Under the pieces are notes generated by a model. It was not told the DNA's origin, searched no databases, and was given only the letters and a program-made list of their open reading frames with translations. DNA of 59,904 nt, from assembly GCA_039929025.1 (NCBI GenBank), contig JBDSRZ010000162.1:1-59904 (forward strand), in the 5' to 3' direction. Shown in pieces: positions 17,551-27,119 of the stretch. How positions within the stretch are numbered: position 1 is the first letter of the stretch; each line of letters starts with the position of its first letter. This stretch comes from Usitatibacter sp. (GTDB lineage Bacteria; Pseudomonadota; Gammaproteobacteria; Burkholderiales; Usitatibacteraceae). The position numbers and the translations under genes were made by a program.

Positions 17551-18480
17551 ATGGCCGATCGCCGCCTCCAGGTCTTTCACGCCGTCGCGAAGCACCTGTC
17601 CTTCACCAAGGCGGCGGAAGCGGTGTGCATGACGCAACCCGCGGTCACCTTCCAGATCCGCCAGCTCGAGGAGCAGTTCAACACCCGCCTCTTCGATCGC
17701 GCCCAGGGCCGCATCACCCTCACGCCCGCCGGTGCCGTCGCCCTCGAATACGCCGAGCGCATCCTCGCGCTGTCCGCCGAGCTCGAGTCGAGGATGCGCG
17801 AGATGACCGGGCACGAGGCCGGGCCGCTCTTGATCGGCGCGAGCACCACGATCGCGGAGTACCTGCTGCCGCAGATCGTGGGCGAGTTCAAGGCGAGGCA
17901 CCCCGGGATCGTGCCGCGGCTCTTCGTGGCCAACTCCGAGGTGGTGCAGGAGCGTGTCGCCGAGCGCACCCTCGACCTGGGCTTCATCGAGGGCGACTCG
18001 TGCCTTCCCGCGCTCGCGAGCGACCTCTGCTGCGACGATGAGCTCCAGGTGGTCTGCGCGCCCTCCCACCCTCTCGCGAAGCAGCACGCGATCGCGCCAC
18101 GAACGCTCACCGAGCACGGCTACATCAGCCGCGAGCCCGGCTCCGGCACGCGCGAGGTCATCGACCATTACCTGAAGAAGGCGGGCCTCGGGCTCGACTG
18201 CCTGCAGGTCGTGATGGAGGCGAGCAGCCCCGAGGCGCTCAAGGGACTCGTTGCCACGGGCCTCGGCTTCACCATCATGTCGCGCGCCACCGTGGCCAAG
18301 GAAGTGCGCCTTGGCGAGCTGGTGCCGATCCCGCTCCTGCCGCGCCTCATCCGCCACCTCTCGGTCGTGTACCCGAAGGAGAGGATCCATTCGCGACTGG
18401 TGAATGCCTTCATGGCGTTCGCGCGCGAAAGGCTCGCGAGGGTCGAGGCGACCGACTCGGTGCGCGCCGCCAACACCTAG
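17551..18480 (+). CDS. LysR-family regulator (CysL/CmpR-like)
   Basis: MADRRLQVFHAVAKHLSFTKAAE...TQPAVTFQIRQLEE HTH; GASTTIAEY and REPGSGTR. Confidence 0.92.
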   Translation: MADRRLQVFHAVAKHLSFTKAAEAVCMTQPAVTFQIRQLEEQFNTRLFDRAQGRITLTPAGAVALEYAERILALSAELESRMREMTGHEAGPLLIGASTTIAEYLLPQIVGEFKARHPGIVPRLFVANSEVVQERVAERTLDLGFIEGDSCLPALASDLCCDDELQVVCAPSHPLAKQHAIAPRTLTEHGYISREPGSGTREVIDHYLKKAGLGLDCLQVVMEASSPEALKGLVATGLGFTIMSRATVAKEVRLGELVPIPLLPRLIRHLSVVYPKERIHSRLVNAFMAFARERLARVEATDSVRAANT

Positions 18481-18510
18481 TGGCTCATCCCCCAGCCCCC
18501 CACCGAAGTC

Positions 18511-18584
18511 GTGATCTGCGCCAAGGCGCGTCGGGAATCATGAAGCAGCATTCGCCGGCGCGGCTCACGCAACCGCTGCGGCGC
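18511..18584 (+). pseudogene. Short remnant of a molybdopterin oxidoreductase catalytic subunit (soeA-like)
   Basis: Reads VICAK[G, 1 bp lost]ASGIMKQHSPARLTQPLRR, the conserved segment after the N-terminal Fe-S motif of SoeA-type proteins (recalled, not searched). Confidence 0.6.
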
Positions 18585-18601
18585 ATGCGCTGCCGCTCTT
18601 C

Positions 18602-19109
18602 ATGGCGCTCGTCTTCGCGTACGGCGGGTCGCACTACGCGGGCCGCGGACCGACGCTCGCGATCGGCGCGGCAGCGGTCGTGGCGTGCTTCGCGCTCTTT
18701 CATTGCACCGCGATGATCTACGCCTGCATCAAGTTCCTGCAGGAATGGGCAAGCCAGTTCACGCTCCCCAACTTCCTTTTCATGGGGTGCGCATCCGGGG
18801 TCACGCTGGCGCGCTGCTGTCCACCCTTTACGCGCGCCATCTCTCGCAGGGGTTCACCGGCAACTCGTTCAACACGATCGAGTTCTTCCACGGGATGCCC
18901 GCCATGGGGATGCGCTCGATCGTGATGGCGTTCATGATGTTCGCATTCGTGCTGCCGTTGGTGCTGATGGGCCTGGCAATCGTCGGGCCTCCAGCGTCAC
19001 CCTCGCCCTCGCATGGCTCACGCAGTACGCGGGCCTGCTGATGGAACGCTGGCATTTCCTCGCGCAGTCGCATCACCCCCAGAACCTCTACTGCCAGAAC
19101 CGCTCCTGA
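18602..19109 (+). pseudogene. Frameshifted, internally deleted DmsC-type membrane anchor (soeC-like)
   Basis: Three segments in different frames: CTAMIYACIKFLQEWAS; SQGFTGNSFNTIEFFHG; QYAGLLMERWHFLAQSHHPQNLY (19023-19109), whose TGA overlaps the tauE-like ATG. Confidence 0.75.
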
Positions 19110-19987
19110 TGGGCGCCGAAGCCGCCTCGCTCGTCGCCACCACCCCGTGGTGGGTTTGGCCGCTTGCGCTCTTCGTGGTGTGCTTCTGCCTCGGCATCAT
19201 CGCGGTCCCCGCGGGCGTGGGCGGGGGCGTGCTGTTCGTGCCGATCGTGGCGGGGTTCTTTCCGTTCCACCTCGATTACGTCCGCGGCGCGGGCCTGCTG
19301 GTCGCCCTTTCCGGCGCGCTCGCGGCGGGACCGCGCCTGCTCGAAGGCGGCCTCGCGAACCTTCGCCTCGCGCTGCCGCTCGCCCTCGTTGCTTCCGCGA
19401 GCTCCATCGGCGGTGCGATGCTCGGCCTGGCATTGCCCTCGAATGTCGTCCAGGTCGCGCTCGGCATCTCCATCCTCGGCATCGTCGCGATCATGGCGTC
19501 GGTAAAGAATTCCGAGTTCCCCCGCGTCGAGCGCCCCGACCGGCTCTCCCAGGCGCTGGGCATGCACGGCATCTTCCGCGATGGCGCGACCGGCCGCGAG
19601 GAAGCGTGGCAGGTCCACCGCACGCCGCTCGGGCTCGCCCTCTTCGTCGGCATCGGAGTCCTCGCCGGCCTATTCGGCCTCGGTGCCGGCTGGGCGAACC
19701 TGCCGGTGCTGAACCTGGTGATGGGCGTTCCGCTCAAGGTCTCCGCGGGCACTTCGAGCTTCATCCTGTCGCTGGTGGACTCCTCCGCCGCGTGGATCTA
19801 CCTGCACCAGGGTGCGGTGCTGCCGATCATCGCCGCGCCCTCGGTGATCGGCATGATGCTCGGCGCGCGCATCGGCGCGAAGGTGCTGCACGTGGTGCGC
19901 GCCATCGTCATCCGGCGGCTGGTGCTCGCGCTGCTGCTCTTCGCGGGGATACGCGCGCTCGCCAAGGGACTGGGGATCTGGACATGA
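19109..19987 (+). CDS. TauE/SafE-family sulfite exporter
   Basis: GVGGGVLFVP and GLFGLGAGWANLP repeats; about 8 TM helices. Confidence 0.88.
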   Translation: MGAEAASLVATTPWWVWPLALFVVCFCLGIIAVPAGVGGGVLFVPIVAGFFPFHLDYVRGAGLLVALSGALAAGPRLLEGGLANLRLALPLALVASASSIGGAMLGLALPSNVVQVALGISILGIVAIMASVKNSEFPRVERPDRLSQALGMHGIFRDGATGREEAWQVHRTPLGLALFVGIGVLAGLFGLGAGWANLPVLNLVMGVPLKVSAGTSSFILSLVDSSAAWIYLHQGAVLPIIAAPSVIGMMLGARIGAKVLHVVRAIVIRRLVLALLLFAGIRALAKGLGIWT

Positions 19988-20388
19988 CCGACCTCCCCGA
20001 CGCCCCGAAGCGCTACGCGACCTGGCTCCTGTGGGGCACGCGCGTGGGACTGGTACTCCTGGTGATCGCATTCATTGCATATGCCGGGGGTTTCCTCGCC
20101 CCGCACGTGCCGATCGAACGCACCGCCGCGCTGTGGGGGCAGCCGGCGGCGGCGATGCTTCAGGATACGGGACTGCGCGCGGGCTGGGACTGGGCGCGGC
20201 ATCTTCCCCGCAGCGACATGCTCTCGCTCGCCGCGATCGCGCTCCTCGCGAGCTGTTCGATCCCGTGCCTTGCGGTTGCCATTGCGTCCTTCGCCCACGG
20301 GCGCGAGAGCCTTCTTGCCTGGATCTGTGTAATTCAGATCGCGATACTGGTGCTGGCCGCCTCGGGGGTGCTTGCGGGAACACACTAG
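19984..20388 (+). CDS. Small membrane protein accompanying TauE (DUF1634-like)
   Basis: ATGA overlap; three hydrophobic segments; C-terminal LVLAASG. Confidence 0.7.
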   Translation: MTDLPDAPKRYATWLLWGTRVGLVLLVIAFIAYAGGFLAPHVPIERTAALWGQPAAAMLQDTGLRAGWDWARHLPRSDMLSLAAIALLASCSIPCLAVAIASFAHGRESLLAWICVIQIAILVLAASGVLAGTH

Positions 20389-20472
20389 GACCGACTTCAA
20401 ATTACACGCCCCACTTGTCGCTGAATAATCCTGAGCGCAAGATTGGACTTCAACATCTAACGCGAGGAATCG

Positions 20473-21585
20473 ATGAATCCGCGATACCAGGGGCGCAGCA
20501 TTATTCCGGCATTTCTTTTTGGGCTGTGGGCGCTGGCGGCGGTAGAAACTACTCATGCTGGCTTCATCCTCGCCCCAGATCAGACGAGCGGTACGGGAAT
20601 CGGGTCGGTAAACACCGTCCTCACCGTTCAAAATACCCCCAGCGAGTCGGGATGCGTGCGTCGGGGTGCGGGGGTGGACATCATCGGCCCTGCGGCCTGC
20701 CTGGGCGCCAATACCGGCGGCAACGAGGGAACCGGTTCATCCCAGACTCAGACGCGCTCGATAGCAGAGCTTGGCCTGACGACCTCGGACAACCTGCGTG
20801 CCGTTCTCAATGCGAACGAGTCCTCGGGCGGGTCCATACAAGTCAACAGCATCGTGCTCGGAATCTTCAGCGACTCGGGCACCCTGCTTTTCACCTCCAG
20901 CCTGTTCGCGCCGACCTTCCTGCCCTTCACCTTTTCAGGCACTGGCACGTCCGGATTCGTATTCCGACTCGACCCCCTCGATACCGCTGCCGCGCAGTCC
21001 TTCTTCGCGGATCCGACCAACCGGGTAGGGCTGTCGTTTTCCGCCTCGCAGTCCGACTCTGGCGCGGAAACTCTGTACATAGCTGACGCGGGCGGGGTGG
21101 GGGCCGCCGCGGTCGATATCGCCATGACGAAGATCGACTCCCCCGATCCCGCCGTGGTGGGTTCGAATTTGACCTACGTTATTACGGCAAGGAACAACGG
21201 CCCGAACACGGCGACCAACGTCGTCGTGACCGACACGTTGCCTGCCTCGGTGAATGTCGTCTCCATCACACCCTCCCAGGGCACGTGCAGCCGCAGCGGC
21301 GCGGTCATTACGTGCTCCATGGGGACTATCGATATCGGGCAAAGCGCTACGATCCAGGTCGTCGTGGTTCCCACGGCCACCGGCTTGATCTCGAACACGG
21401 TGACGGCGACCGCGACGCAAGCCGATACCGTTCCGGCCAACAACACCGCCGTCCAGACCACGCTGATCGTCGCCGCGGCCGCGGTCGCGGCCGCGGCGAT
21501 CCCGACTCTTTCGGAATGGGGGATGGTGATTCTGGTGCTGGCGGTGCTCGCAATAGGAGGGTATTCACGCCGGCGTCGCGGTTGA
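20473..21585 (+). CDS. Secreted DUF11-domain protein with IPTL-CTERM sorting signal
   Basis: GAGG RBS, signal peptide, DIAMTKIDSPDPAVVGSNLTYVITARNNGPNTATNVVVTDTLP (DUF11), IPTLSEWG-TM-RRRRG tail. Confidence 0.88.
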   Translation: MNPRYQGRSIIPAFLFGLWALAAVETTHAGFILAPDQTSGTGIGSVNTVLTVQNTPSESGCVRRGAGVDIIGPAACLGANTGGNEGTGSSQTQTRSIAELGLTTSDNLRAVLNANESSGGSIQVNSIVLGIFSDSGTLLFTSSLFAPTFLPFTFSGTGTSGFVFRLDPLDTAAAQSFFADPTNRVGLSFSASQSDSGAETLYIADAGGVGAAAVDIAMTKIDSPDPAVVGSNLTYVITARNNGPNTATNVVVTDTLPASVNVVSITPSQGTCSRSGAVITCSMGTIDIGQSATIQVVVVPTATGLISNTVTATATQADTVPANNTAVQTTLIVAAAAVAAAAIPTLSEWGMVILVLAVLAIGGYSRRRRG

Positions 21586-21659
21586 GGTCTGCAGCGAGGG
21601 GTGGGTAGGGGGCCTGAGGGGTCGCCGCCGGACCACGCGTGGGCGGCGCCGTTCGGCCG

Positions 21660-22577
21660 ATGAGCGAGCCCCTACGCGAACGCGCAACCCGGCTGCGCCC
21701 CGCGCATGCGGCACTCGCGCTGCTGGTGGTGGCGATCTGGGGGACCAACTTCGTCGTCATCAAGGTGGGGCTGCGCGCCTTCGAGCCGCTCTTCTTCGCC
21801 ACGTTGCGCTTCTTCCTCTGCGCGGTGCCCCTGGTGTTCATCCTCATGCGTCCACCGGTGCCATGGCGCTGGCTCGCGCTCTTCGGCATCTTGCTGGGCC
21901 CGGGCCAGTTCGCGCTCCTCTTCTACGCAATGCGCGCCGACATTTCCCCCGGACTCGCCTCGCTCCTCATCCAGGTGCAGGTGTTCTTCACCATCGGATT
22001 GTCGGTGTGGCTGTTCGGCGAGCGGCTGAAGGCCGTCACCATCGCCGGCATCGTGCTCGGCGCGAGCGGACTCGCCACCATCGCGCTGCATCTCGACGCC
22101 ACCGTCACCCCCACGGGCATCGCGATCGTGGTCCTCGCCGCGTTCTGCTGGGCGTGCGCGAACATCGTGGTGAAGAGGGCGGTGAAGTCCGCGGGGGAGC
22201 CGGTGGATATGCTCGCGTTCGTCGTCTGGTCGAGCCTCTTCGCGGTGCCGCCGCTGCTTGCTCTGGTACTCGTCTTTGAAGGCGGCGCGGCCAGCTGGAA
22301 CGCGATCGCGAACGCGCGCTGGGATGCGTGGGCGGCGCTCGTCTGGCAGGCGGTCGGCAACACGCTCTTCGGCTACGTCGCCTGGAACTGGCTCATCGCG
22401 CGCTACGACGCCGCGGTGGTCACACCCTATGCGTTGCTGATCCCGGTCTTCGGCATGGGATCGTCGGCGCTGATGCTAGGAGAACCTCTGCCACCGTGGA
22501 AATGGCTTGCGGCGGCGCTGGTGATCGGCGGCATCGCGCTCATCACGCTTGCCGGGCGGCGCCCCAAATCCGCCTAG
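21660..22577 (+). CDS. EamA/DMT exporter (O-acetylserine/cysteine exporter-like)
   Basis: IWGTNFVVIKVGL, GLASLLIQVQVFFT, LLIPVFGM; about 10 TM helices. Confidence 0.88.
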   Translation: MSEPLRERATRLRPAHAALALLVVAIWGTNFVVIKVGLRAFEPLFFATLRFFLCAVPLVFILMRPPVPWRWLALFGILLGPGQFALLFYAMRADISPGLASLLIQVQVFFTIGLSVWLFGERLKAVTIAGIVLGASGLATIALHLDATVTPTGIAIVVLAAFCWACANIVVKRAVKSAGEPVDMLAFVVWSSLFAVPPLLALVLVFEGGAASWNAIANARWDAWAALVWQAVGNTLFGYVAWNWLIARYDAAVVTPYALLIPVFGMGSSALMLGEPLPPWKWLAAALVIGGIALITLAGRRPKSA

Positions 22578-22584
22578 GCCACGC

Positions 22585-23181
22585 CTAGGCCCGAGCGCTC
22601 TGCGCCGAGCGGTCCCAGATGTTCGGCAGGACCGCGCTGGAATAGCCCGAGATGAAGGGCTTCGGGTGGCCGGTCACCGGGTCGTACACATGCCGCCTCA
22701 CCGCGCCGATGTTGGCGCCGTAGACGTGGACGCTGATCGAGGCCTCGTTCGCGAGCGCGTTCGACACGCGGTGGATGTCGCCCACGCGCGGCGACACGAG
22801 ATCGATCGCCCCGGGCTCGACGCGATGGTTGCCGCCCGGCGCGAGCCGCCCACCGTCGATGCCGTACTCCTCGCAGAGCTCCGCGCCGCGCATCACGCCC
22901 ACCATCCCCCACACCGTGTGGTCGTGAACGGGCGTCTTCTGGCCCGGGCCCCACACGAAGCTCGCCACCGAGAAGCGCTCCAGCGGATCGCAGTGCAGCA
23001 GGTACTGCTGGTAACGGTCGGGATCGGGGCGGGCGAAGGCTTCCGGCAGCCAGTCGTCGTGGGCGATGAGGTCCGCCAGCAGCGCGCGCCCTTCCCTGAA
23101 GACGCGTTCCTCGTCGCCCCCGGAGCGCTCGACGAAGGCAGTGAAGTCCTGGACGAAATCGCGGAAGCGGCGCGTGTTCAT
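22585..23181 (-). CDS. Thiol dioxygenase, Gln-type (3-mercaptopropionate dioxygenase-like)
   Basis: YQQYLLHCD, TPVHDHTVWG, DIHRVSN, SISVHVYG. Confidence 0.88.
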   Translation of the reverse strand: MNTRRFRDFVQDFTAFVERSGGDEERVFREGRALLADLIAHDDWLPEAFARPDPDRYQQYLLHCDPLERFSVASFVWGPGQKTPVHDHTVWGMVGVMRGAELCEEYGIDGGRLAPGGNHRVEPGAIDLVSPRVGDIHRVSNALANEASISVHVYGANIGAVRRHVYDPVTGHPKPFISGYSSAVLPNIWDRSAQSARA

Positions 23182-24146
23182 TCGGGCTTGATCCTGTGGT
23201 CCTTCACGACCTTGGCCCAGCGCGTCACCTCGTTCTCGAGGAACTTCTGGTACTCCTGCGGCGAGGAAATGCGCAGGATCACGCCCTGCTCGGTGAGCTT
23301 GGGCTCAACGTTGGCGCTGCGCAGCGCATCGCCGAACGCCTTGTGCATCTTCGCCATGATGGCGGGCGGCACGCCCACCGGGGCGTTCAGGCCCCACCAC
23401 GCCTCCGAATCGAACCCCGGCACGCCCTGCTCCGAGATCGGCGCCGCGTCGGGAACGGGTGCGAAGCGCGTCTTCGAGGTGACGCCGATGGCGCGCAGGC
23501 GCCCGGCCTTGACGCTCGGGTTCATCAGCGCCGCCGAGCCGATCGCGATCGGCACGTGTCCCGCGATCGCATCCTGCACCAGAGGGCCGCCGCCCTTGTA
23601 GGGGATGTGCGTCATCTTCACGCCCGCCTGCTCCTGCACCAGGCTCATCGCAAGATGCGCGAGGCTGCCCGAGCCGATGGTGCCGAAGCTGATCGCCTGC
23701 GGGTCCTTCTTCGCGGCGGCGAGCACCTCGGCGAACGACTTGTAGGGCGTCGATGGATGCGCGGTGATCAGCATCGGCGAGGTACCGATCAGCATCACGG
23801 GCGCCAGGTCCTTCAGCGTGTCGAACGGCATGTTCGGGATGAGGCTCTGGTTCACGCCGTGGGTGTCGAAGACCAGCAGCCATGTGTAGCCGTCGGGCGC
23901 GGCCTTGGCGACCGCCGCCGCGCCGATCGAGCCCGAGCCGCCGCCGCGGTTCTCGACGATCACCGACTGTCCCAGCGCCTGCGACAACGGCGCCTGCACG
24001 TGGCGGGCGATCTGGTCGGTGGTGCCGCCCGGCGGGAAGGGCACGACGATCTTGATCGATTGCGTCGGCCACTCCTGGGCTTGCACGGCGAGTGCTGCGG
24101 TAGCGAGTGCGAGCGCGGCGGCGGCGCGCAGGAAGAGCGAATGCAT
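23178..24146 (-). CDS. Bug/TctC periplasmic substrate-binding protein
   Basis: IVVPFPPGGTTD, VENRGGGSG, APDGYT, HIPYKGGGP; signal peptide. Confidence 0.92.
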   Translation of the reverse strand: MHSLFLRAAAALALATAALAVQAQEWPTQSIKIVVPFPPGGTTDQIARHVQAPLSQALGQSVIVENRGGGSGSIGAAAVAKAAPDGYTWLLVFDTHGVNQSLIPNMPFDTLKDLAPVMLIGTSPMLITAHPSTPYKSFAEVLAAAKKDPQAISFGTIGSGSLAHLAMSLVQEQAGVKMTHIPYKGGGPLVQDAIAGHVPIAIGSAALMNPSVKAGRLRAIGVTSKTRFAPVPDAAPISEQGVPGFDSEAWWGLNAPVGVPPAIMAKMHKAFGDALRSANVEPKLTEQGVILRISSPQEYQKFLENEVTRWAKVVKDHRIKPE

Positions 24147-24246
24147 GAGGTTTCTCCGGAATATTTCGCCTGGGGGCCAGGCGGCATGGGACTCGGTTCG
24201 AAAATATCACTTTATGCGCAGAGCCGCGAGCCCTAGACTCGTCCGC

Positions 24247-25722
24247 ATGCTTCCCGGCGACATTCCCGGGCTCCACCCCGGCACGCGCACTGCCATCGAG
24301 GCCGAGGACCGGGCGTGGTCCTATGGGGAGATCGACGCCCTCGCCGACCGCTTCGCGGCGTTCTTCATCGCAGAAGGGCTGCAGCCCGGCGACCGCGCGA
24401 GCCTCTTCTGCGCCAACGAGGCAGCGCTGGCGGCGGCGTACTTCGGCGCCTTCCGCGCGCGGGTGGTCGCGAACCCGATCAATCATCGGCTGCTGGCGGA
24501 AGAAGCCGCCTACATCCTCGATCACGCCGGCAGCCGCTGCGTGGTGGTGTCGGATGAATTCGTGCCGGTGATCGAGAAGGCGGTGGGGATGCTCGCCAGT
24601 CCTCCCGTCGTGTTGAAGACCAGTGCGGTGCTGCCGCTTCCGGCTGCCAAGCGCGAGGCCGCGGCCGACGACGGCGCCCTCCTCATCTACACCTCGGGTA
24701 CCACCGGCAAGCCCAAGGGCGTGCTGCTCACCCAGGCCAACGTGATGGCGGGCCTCGCGGCGGTGAGCCGCGCCTTCGAGATGAAGCCCGCGGACCGCAG
24801 CTACTGCGTGATGCCGCTCTTCCACACCAACGGGCTCATGTTCAGCACGCTACCCTACCTCCTCGTGGGCGCGACGGTGATCCTGAGGAAGCGCTTCAGC
24901 GCCTCGGGGTTCTGGCCCCAGATCCGCGCGGCGCGCGCGAACATCGCCAGCGTCTCGCCCACGATCCTCGCGATGCTGCTCGAGCACGAGGCCACGGCGC
25001 CACCCGCCTCCGAAATCAGGCTCGACTTCATCAAGGTGGCCTCGGCGCCCACGCCCGTGGAGCTCGCCCAGCGCTTCGAGGGGCGTTTCGGCCGCGGCCT
25101 GCTGCTCGAGACCTTCGGGCTCACCGAGACCACGGCGATCAACGTGATGAACCCGCTGCGGGGGACGCGCAAGCTCGGCTCCATCGGCCAGGCGCTCGCG
25201 CCGCAGGAGGCGCGCATCGTGGACGGCGCCGGCGAGACATTGCCGACCGGCGCCACGGGCGAGCTCGAGATCCGCGGTCCGACGGTGATGCGAGAGTACT
25301 TCCGCGACCCCGACAACACCCGCCGCGCGAAGCACGGCGAGTGGCTGCGCAGCGGCGACGTCGCGCGCATGGACGAGGACGGCTTCATCTTCATCGTCGG
25401 TCGCTCCAAGGAAATGATCCTGCGCGGCGGCGAGAACATCTCCCCGCTGGAAATCGAGGAGGTGGCGGTGCGCCATCCGGCGGTGCGCGAGGCGGCCGCG
25501 GTCGGCGTGCCCGATCGCATCTGGGGCGAGGCGGTGGGGTTGTGCGTCGTCGCCCGCCAGCCGGTCACCGAGGCCGACCTGGTGGAGTTCTGCCGCGCCC
25601 ACCTCTCCGCGTACAAGGTTCCGCAGCGTGTAATCTTCGTGGAAGAACTGCCCCGCAACGCCCTGGGCAAGGTGACACGCAACGCGCTTCGCGGCGCTTT
25701 CAGCCAAACCGGGATGACATGA
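24247..25722 (+). CDS. AMP-forming acyl-CoA ligase
   Basis: YTSGTTGKPKG, FGLTET, SGDVARMDEDG, GGENISP, PRNALGK; start chosen from TTTATG-N17-TAGACT just upstream (alternative ATG 24214). Confidence 0.9.
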   Translation: MLPGDIPGLHPGTRTAIEAEDRAWSYGEIDALADRFAAFFIAEGLQPGDRASLFCANEAALAAAYFGAFRARVVANPINHRLLAEEAAYILDHAGSRCVVVSDEFVPVIEKAVGMLASPPVVLKTSAVLPLPAAKREAAADDGALLIYTSGTTGKPKGVLLTQANVMAGLAAVSRAFEMKPADRSYCVMPLFHTNGLMFSTLPYLLVGATVILRKRFSASGFWPQIRAARANIASVSPTILAMLLEHEATAPPASEIRLDFIKVASAPTPVELAQRFEGRFGRGLLLETFGLTETTAINVMNPLRGTRKLGSIGQALAPQEARIVDGAGETLPTGATGELEIRGPTVMREYFRDPDNTRRAKHGEWLRSGDVARMDEDGFIFIVGRSKEMILRGGENISPLEIEEVAVRHPAVREAAAVGVPDRIWGEAVGLCVVARQPVTEADLVEFCRAHLSAYKVPQRVIFVEELPRNALGKVTRNALRGAFSQTGMT

Positions 25723-27119
25723 CAAAGAGGGTTGCCGTCGACTACGGCGAGCGCAAGGTCGAGATCGAGGTGCCGGATTCGGCCACGGTGGTCGAGTACG
25801 CCGACCCGCCGCTGCTCGACGATCCCGAGGCGTCGGTCGCGAACGCACTGGCGCATCCGTTCGGCAGCGCGCCGCTCGTGGAGCTCGCGCGGCCCGGGAT
25901 GAAGGTCGCCATCGGCTTCGACGACGTGACTCGCCCCGCCCTTCCCGCGCGCCTCATCCTGCCGCAGGTCGTCAACGAATTGAAGCGCGCGGGCGTGAAC
26001 GACCGCGACATCGTGCTCGTGAACGGCTGCAGCAACCACCGCAAGAACACCCGTAGCGAGCTCGCCAACCACCTCGGGCCGGAGATCTTCAACCGCTTCT
26101 GGCCGATCGGCGCGATCCGCAACCACGATTGCGACCTTCCCGAGGGCCTGCGCTTCACCGGCATTACCGCAAGCGGCCGCTACGTCGAGCACAACCGCGA
26201 CTTCCTCGACGCCGACCTGCAGATCTATCAGGGCAACGTCTCCGCACAGGGCTGGAAGGGCTACACCGGCACGGGCGTGGTGATCGGGCTCGCTTCCACG
26301 CGTAGCATCGCCTCGCACCACAGCTTCAACACGGTGCCGATGCCGGAGAAGAAGAAGGAGCACCAGAAGTCAACGGGCGCGAAGCTGCCGGGCATGAAGC
26401 CGGAGATGACCGCGTTCCTCGAAGAGGCGACCGGGAAGAAGACCTTCTACGTAAACGCGGTGACCGGCACGGGCGGCAGGCCCGCCGGGATCTTCGCGGG
26501 GCACGCGACTGCCGTCACGCCGCCCGCCTGGGAGCTCGCCGGGCGCATGTTCACGCGCGAGGCGCCGCAAGCCGACGTGCTCGTGGTGGGCCTGGGCGCG
26601 CAGTACTCCTACGGCACATCGAACAACACGCTCATCGCGGCGGTCGGCGCCACGGTGCCGCCGCGCTACAGCCCCGACGCGCCGGTGCTGCGCGAAGGCG
26701 GCGTCGTGATCGCGATTTCACCCACCAACGGCTTCATCGACGGCGAACGTTTTCCCTCGTACCAGGACCTGATCGACGTCTACGCGCGCCACCACAACGT
26801 CCGCGCGCTCGTCGATCACGAGGAGACGTTCCACGGCAACGCGCAGTACCTCCAGCAATATCGCCATGGATTCGGCTATCCGGCGCTGCATGCGTTCTGG
26901 ATCTTCTACGAGCTCGAGTACGCGCTGCAGCGCGCGGGTGCGGTGATCATGGCAGGCACGACCAACCCGGGCGCGTTTCGCACGCTCGGACTCCAGACCG
27001 CGGCCAACTTCGACGACGCGTGGAAGATGGCGCGGCGCTACGTGGGCGCGAATCCCACGACCGTCGTCGCGCCGACCTTCTGGAGCCGGCCGCGGATCAA
27101 GTTCTCGGTGAAGGCTTGA
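25719..27119 (+). CDS. LarA-family (DUF2088) nickel-pincer-dependent protein, divergent
   Basis: ATGA overlap; FDDVTRP, NGCSNHR, IRNHD, LREGGVVI; directly upstream of larC/larE/larB. Confidence 0.8.
   Translation: MTKRVAVDYGERKVEIEVPDSATVVEYADPPLLDDPEASVANALAHPFGSAPLVELARPGMKVAIGFDDVTRPALPARLILPQVVNELKRAGVNDRDIVLVNGCSNHRKNTRSELANHLGPEIFNRFWPIGAIRNHDCDLPEGLRFTGITASGRYVEHNRDFLDADLQIYQGNVSAQGWKGYTGTGVVIGLASTRSIASHHSFNTVPMPEKKKEHQKSTGAKLPGMKPEMTAFLEEATGKKTFYVNAVTGTGGRPAGIFAGHATAVTPPAWELAGRMFTREAPQADVLVVGLGAQYSYGTSNNTLIAAVGATVPPRYSPDAPVLREGGVVIAISPTNGFIDGERFPSYQDLIDVYARHHNVRALVDHEETFHGNAQYLQQYRHGFGYPALHAFWIFYELEYALQRAGAVIMAGTTNPGAFRTLGLQTAANFDDAWKMARRYVGANPTTVVAPTFWSRPRIKFSVKA

Noticed and set aside
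18480-19041. ORF-track entries 18480-18716, 18602-18925 and 18685-19041 as real genes
   Set aside because: They are out-of-frame pieces of the soeA/soeC remnant.
22571-22591. CGCCTAGGCC duplicated between convergent stop codons
   Set aside because: Only 10 bp, explained by two TAG stops in CCTAGG; nothing lies between the copies to suggest a target-site duplication.
25706-25718. AAACCGGGATGAC at the ligase 3' end as a REP
   Set aside because: Only a half-arm matches; no palindrome.
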